DNA of 64,000 nucleotides from Actinomycetota bacterium (GTDB lineage Bacteria; Actinomycetota; Acidimicrobiia; Acidimicrobiales; JAMCPD01): NCBI GenBank assembly GCA_023379935.1, contig JAMCPD010000018.1, positions 4,567 to 68,566 of the forward strand, read 5' to 3'. Shown piece by piece: positions 59,644 to 64,000 of this stretch (position 1 is its first letter; each line of letters starts with the position of its first letter). The notes under the pieces were generated by a model. It saw only the letters and a program-made list of their open reading frames with translations, ran no database searches and was not told where the DNA came from. The position numbers and the translations under genes were made by a program.

Positions 59644-62371
59644 TCGTATACATATAGACGGATTTGGTATATTTCACGACTATGACTTGAGCGGCTTTTC
59701 GGATGGACTGAGCGTTATCTATGGACCTAACGAATCGGGAAAGTCAACCATCTTAGAGTTTATACGAACAGTTCTTTTTGGCTTTAAAGGCAAAGGAAGC
59801 ACCAACCGGTACCCACCGCTAAATGGAGGCAAGCATGGCGGTCGTATTTTCCTTTACGACAGTCAAAACGAAAAGTTTACCGTTGAAAGCCATGCAGACC
59901 CAAAGGGTGGACAGCCTAGCGTAGGCTCTCAAGACAACCTCCCACCTAATTTTGATCAACTGCTTGAAACAGTTACCCCGAAACTGTTTCAAACTGTTTT
60001 TGCATTTAGTTTGAGTGAACTTGAAAAATTTGAAAGTTTAACAAATGATGATGATGTAATAAACTACATTTACGGAGCAGGTATGGGGGTGAGAAATTTA
60101 GACGAGATTATCAAAAAAATCACCAAACAACAGGATGATCTCTATAAAGAAAAGGGACGTATTCAAGAGATTCCGGAGTTAATTAAAAAGATAGAAGCTA
60201 CGAATAGCGGCCTAAAAAAATGTCGAAGCAGTTTAGATGTGTATAACAACTGTTTAAATGACCTTGAAAATTTAACCAAACAGTACGATGAGAAATTGTC
60301 GAAACGGGATGACTTTTTAGAGAGAAAAAAACATCTTGAAAAATGCAACGATGCGTGGGATGACTGGATAGAGATCCAAAATGCTAAAGATAGGTTGAGG
60401 GAACTACCGGTAGTAGAAGATTTTCCTTCAGACGGTATTTCGCGACTGGAAAGATTACTGGAAGAAAGAGATAACTTTAATCAAATGATTACTAAGTCAG
60501 AACAAAAAATCTCCACTTTACAGTCACAACTCGACTCATGTTTAATTAATCAAAATATTCTGGGAAAAGAAAGAGAGATTGAAAACCTTTCAGAAGGTTG
60601 GGATAAATATAAAACTGCGACCGATGACCTTCCAACCCTCATCGCTAAACGAGACCGGTTAAATAATGATCTGGAGAATAGCATTGCCAAAGAGTTGCCC
60701 GGTAGTTGGAGCAAGGAAAGAGTTCTGGCGTTTGACACCTCCATTGTCACACGTGAGGAGATACGCAGTTATGAAAATGAACTAAGCAACGCAAAACAGA
60801 AACTGGAAACTGCTCAAAAAAGCCTCAACAGTGTCGCTCGCAGTGAAAAGAATAGAAAACCATTATTAGCTTCATTTGTTGTCTCTATTATTGTGATAGT
60901 TGCAATCCTTCTTTTTCTGATAAGAGAGGATGTGGGCGCTGTTATTTTACTGGTTGGTGTTGCGCTTGGAGGCATTGTTTGGTATTTACAAAGCAAAAAA
61001 CTTGAAAATGAGGTTACCAATGAGATTACCCAAGCAGACAGAGATAAACGTATGGCTGAACAAGAGTTTTACCGTGTACAAAATCAATGGCACAACTGGC
61101 TGGCAACACAACGGCTTGACAAGGACATTGAGCCGTCGACATGTCGTGATATCCTCGCTTCTATTGGCGAACTTTGCACCAAGATTCAAAGTGTTGATGA
61201 ACTCAATAAACGAATAGATTTAATCGAAACTACAATTTGCGACTATACAAAGAAAATCAATGACACTTGTAACAGCGACAATGTCGCTATAGCAGGCAAC
61301 GAGAATACAACAACCGTCGTTAGACAGTATGAACAGATAAGACAGATAAAACAACAGTTGAATGAAGAAAAGGAAAAAGTCCAAAAAAGGGAGAAACTGA
61401 GTGAAGATATAGAGGAGCGCAAAAAAGAGTTGGACTTGCAAAAAGATGAGGGAGATAAAAAGGAAAAGCAGATTTTTGAGTTACTCGTTAAGGGATGCGG
61501 CGTCAATACCGATTCGCTGAATGAAGATAATTTTAGGAAAAGAAGCGAAATTTTTGATAAACGAAACAAATATTTGAAAACTATTGAAGAACACGAAAAG
61601 AGTTTAAAAAAGTTAGTTGGCGGTGGTGCGGTTCTTGAAGAGTTTAAAAAAAGGTTGGAGGAGTGGGTAACAAAAGGTCGTGAAAAGTTAGAAGCTGATA
61701 TTTCTGATTACTCTGACAAGATTGGTGAGTACAATAAAGAACTTGATGAAAACAGGTTCAAGCAAGGTGGCATACATAGAGACCTTGAGCAGCTTAAAAC
61801 TGACGAACAAGAGTCAAGCCTAAAGCAGGAATATTCATGCCAGTGCGAAGAGTTGCAGGACAAGGTAGATAACTGGGCAGTTTTTACAGTTGCTCAAAAA
61901 CTGCTAAGAGATAGCCGTCTAAAATACGAGAAAGAACGCCAGCCTGAGGTTGTCAAAAGGGCTCAAAACTTCTTCTCTTGCCTGACCAACAATAGGTACA
62001 ACGAGGTTAAATCACCTATTAAATCGTCATCTGATATTAAATCGTCATCCAATTTGAACATTTACGTAGTGGAAAAAGCAACCGGTAAAAAAAGGAATGT
62101 CACAGAACTAAGCCGCGGTACTGCTGAACAACTCTATCTTTCCTTGCGTTTTGGGTTGGTAGGAGAGTTTGTAGCACATCATAATGAGGGCCTACCTATG
62201 ATAATGGATGATGTACTGGTAAATTTTGATCCGAATAGAGCGAAACAGACCTGCAAGGTGTTGAAAGAACTATCCGCAGCGAATCAGCAAATACTGCTGT
62301 TTACTTGCCATCCCGAAACAGTTGAACTGGTTAGGGAAGTGACAGAAGATCCTGTTGTATTGAAATTGTAG
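59633..62371 (+). CDS. SMC/SbcC-like coiled-coil ATPase (YhaN-like) with two central TM segments
   Basis: Walker A GPNESGKST, signature LSRGTAEQL, Walker B MIMDDVLVNFD and long coiled coils. Hydrophobic pair at about 60860-60990. Confidence 0.8.
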   Translation: MRIDRIHIDGFGIFHDYDLSGFSDGLSVIYGPNESGKSTILEFIRTVLFGFKGKGSTNRYPPLNGGKHGGRIFLYDSQNEKFTVESHADPKGGQPSVGSQDNLPPNFDQLLETVTPKLFQTVFAFSLSELEKFESLTNDDDVINYIYGAGMGVRNLDEIIKKITKQQDDLYKEKGRIQEIPELIKKIEATNSGLKKCRSSLDVYNNCLNDLENLTKQYDEKLSKRDDFLERKKHLEKCNDAWDDWIEIQNAKDRLRELPVVEDFPSDGISRLERLLEERDNFNQMITKSEQKISTLQSQLDSCLINQNILGKEREIENLSEGWDKYKTATDDLPTLIAKRDRLNNDLENSIAKELPGSWSKERVLAFDTSIVTREEIRSYENELSNAKQKLETAQKSLNSVARSEKNRKPLLASFVVSIIVIVAILLFLIREDVGAVILLVGVALGGIVWYLQSKKLENEVTNEITQADRDKRMAEQEFYRVQNQWHNWLATQRLDKDIEPSTCRDILASIGELCTKIQSVDELNKRIDLIETTICDYTKKINDTCNSDNVAIAGNENTTTVVRQYEQIRQIKQQLNEEKEKVQKREKLSEDIEERKKELDLQKDEGDKKEKQIFELLVKGCGVNTDSLNEDNFRKRSEIFDKRNKYLKTIEEHEKSLKKLVGGGAVLEEFKKRLEEWVTKGREKLEADISDYSDKIGEYNKELDENRFKQGGIHRDLEQLKTDEQESSLKQEYSCQCEELQDKVDNWAVFTVAQKLLRDSRLKYEKERQPEVVKRAQNFFSCLTNNRYNEVKSPIKSSSDIKSSSNLNIYVVEKATGKKRNVTELSRGTAEQLYLSLRFGLVGEFVAHHNEGLPMIMDDVLVNFDPNRAKQTCKVLKELSAANQQILLFTCHPETVELVREVTEDPVVLKL

Positions 62372-62457
62372 TGCCGGAATTAAGATAGGAGCCGGCCAAA
62401 GTAGTGTGATTGAGGACTGGAAAAGATCTATAATTTAATGTAAGGTAACTATTACCC

Positions 62458-63018
62458 ATGGAAGTATCTACTAACGATTTACGCAACGGAATGACTTTAG
62501 ATTTGTCCGACGGTATCTTTTCTGTCGTGGAGTTTCAACATGTAAAACCCGGCAAAGGTGGTGCCTTTGTACGTACCAAGTTGAAGAATTTGCGTACTAA
62601 GGCTGTATTGGATCGTACTTACCGTGCTGATGAAAAGTTAGAACAAGCGGTAATAGACAAGAGGGAAATGCAACTTCTGTATCGTAACGGTAATACCTTG
62701 GTCTTTATGGACAACAGCACATATGATCAACTTGAGGTAGGCATAGAGGTATTGGGGAACGTTAGTTCTTATTTAGTAGATGGTGACAGTATCGTGCTTG
62801 TTATGTACAAAGGGGAGGTTATGGATGTCGAACTGCCCACCGCCGTCGAGCTTGAAGTTGCTGAAACTGAGCCTGGTTTGCAGGGTGATAGGGTATCGGG
62901 TGCTAAAAAACCGGCAACTCTTATAACCGGACTAACATTACAGGTGCCACTGTTTGTCAACCCTGGGGACCGCATAAAGGTTGATACTCGCACCGGCGAG
63001 TATTTAACTCGTGTCTAA
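62458..63018 (+). CDS. efp: Elongation factor P
   Basis: VEFQHVKPGKGGAFVRTKLKNL. Confidence 0.95.
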   Translation: MEVSTNDLRNGMTLDLSDGIFSVVEFQHVKPGKGGAFVRTKLKNLRTKAVLDRTYRADEKLEQAVIDKREMQLLYRNGNTLVFMDNSTYDQLEVGIEVLGNVSSYLVDGDSIVLVMYKGEVMDVELPTAVELEVAETEPGLQGDRVSGAKKPATLITGLTLQVPLFVNPGDRIKVDTRTGEYLTRV

Positions 63019-63427
63019 ACTAAAAGATCCTGCTCTATCAACACGTCATCAAGCACGTGAACAGATACTCGCGCTGTTATACGAAGCAGAGATCAAAAAA
63101 CTTACTATCTCGGATGTTTTGGCAAATCAAATAGCACCCATGGATAGCTTTGCCACAGCACTGCTCAATGGGATAGAGAAGAACCTGAAACGTATAGATG
63201 AAGCAATAAAGGTTCACTCAATTGGCTGGAAACTGGAACGTATGCCTATAGTGGATCTCTGTATTATGCGTATGGCTGGAGCTGAACTGTTATGCTGTTT
63301 GGATACTTCTGTGGCTGTCATAATATCAGAAGCAGTTGCACTTAGTAAAACTTATTCTACTGCGGAATCGGGTGGTTTCATAAATGGGGTATTGGCTCAA
63401 GTGGCTATTGACTTTAGAGGTGCGTAA
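63011..63427 (+). CDS. nusB: Transcription antitermination factor NusB
   Basis: RHQAREQILALLYEAE..., 138 aa, in the efp-nusB synteny. Confidence 0.9.
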   Translation: MSKLKDPALSTRHQAREQILALLYEAEIKKLTISDVLANQIAPMDSFATALLNGIEKNLKRIDEAIKVHSIGWKLERMPIVDLCIMRMAGAELLCCLDTSVAVIISEAVALSKTYSTAESGGFINGVLAQVAIDFRGA

Positions 63428-63612
63428 ATCACGCCCAGTTTGCTTCGAAGGTACCCGAGCAGGAGGCCAAGCGGTCAATGGGAGAGGCAGAAGACCGAGA
63501 AGGCTTGATGTAGCAACACCAAAGCTGACCAAGTTGGCTTTTGATTATCGTATCAACGTAACCTTAGTATAATTAAGATTGATGGTAAAATCGGATGGAT
63601 TAGGTAAGGTGA

Positions 63613-63921
63613 GTGGATACACTTGATACAGTAGTCAGGTCGGAGGACGCAATGGTGCATCGCATAGCAGATGCTTTGTTATCAGGAACTCCACCAGATG
63701 CTCTGGATGAATCTGATAGACAGATCATTGCTCAAGCCTGCCTCGCTCCTTCGCGTAATGGACATTTAACTGTAGAGCATGGCAAAGGACTTGTTTTCTC
63801 ATGGCGGTTTTGTATCATGGAGCGCGTACATTCGAATGTGCCCCTCAATGGATTGTGGAGTATGCGAAAGAACGCGACTGGAGTGTTGAACGACAAGCAG
63901 AACGCGTTCGCGCGGATCTAG
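63613..63921 (+). other. Uncertain ORF, possibly a frameshifted gene remnant
   Basis: The 102-aa ORF has no motif. A second frame continues with ...APQWIVEYAKERDWSVERQAERVRADLVKLLRRNKYRVNR-stop (to about 63960). Confidence 0.25.
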
Positions 63922-64000
63922 TTAAACTATTGCGGCGCAATAAATATCGTGTAAATAGATAGAGAGCGATTGCTTCAGATAATCACTGATCTATATCGTC

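Noticed and set aside
63440-63540. tRNA-like fragment (ggaggccaagcggtcaa resembles a class II tRNA D-arm)
   Set aside because: No acceptor stem, anticodon arm or T-loop (GTTCRANNC) can be folded around it.

Overview
This is a 64-kb chromosomal window, mid-40s %GC by eye. Its housekeeping backbone (tyrS; gltBD; gcvT-gcvPA-gcvPB; amtB-glnK; aroQ-aroK-aroC-aroB-pepP-efp-nusB) has Actinobacteria-like synteny. Accessory content is interspersed. (1) At 1-7586, a minus-strand RHS/YD-repeat gene of more than 2,400 codons runs off the left edge. It is interrupted by three YVTN-type beta-propeller blocks and is cut off from its own signal peptide by a frameshift in a poly(C)12 tract. (2) Next to it lies a decayed IS630-family element. 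(3) A small toxin-antitoxin/defence islet (about 13.9-16.9 kb) sits between tyrS and gltB. It holds an RHH antitoxin with a frameshifted PIN toxin, a Doc remnant, an intact vapBC pair, and a sharply GC-rich 1-kb orphan gene. (4) A D,D-carboxypeptidase appears co-transcribed with a 1,272-aa surface protein. That protein has a six-bladed Asp-box propeller and six copies of an uncharacterised ~125-aa domain, with a near-identical 1,221-bp tandem duplication and a diverged solo copy downstream. (5) A translationally coupled ATP-grasp + B12-like radical SAM pair, whose radical SAM enzyme ends in a CCAEP tail, lies back-to-back with an NfuA-like Fe-S carrier. This is my top candidate for an uncharacterised system. 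(6) Smaller oddities include a Zn-ribbon gene flanked by tandem repeats, a hendecad-repeat membrane protein inside the aro cluster, and a YhaO/YhaN-type nuclease-ATPase pair between pepP and efp. I saw no rRNA, tRNA or CRISPR array. All functional calls are motif-level readings of the supplied translations or my own translation. No database search was possible.
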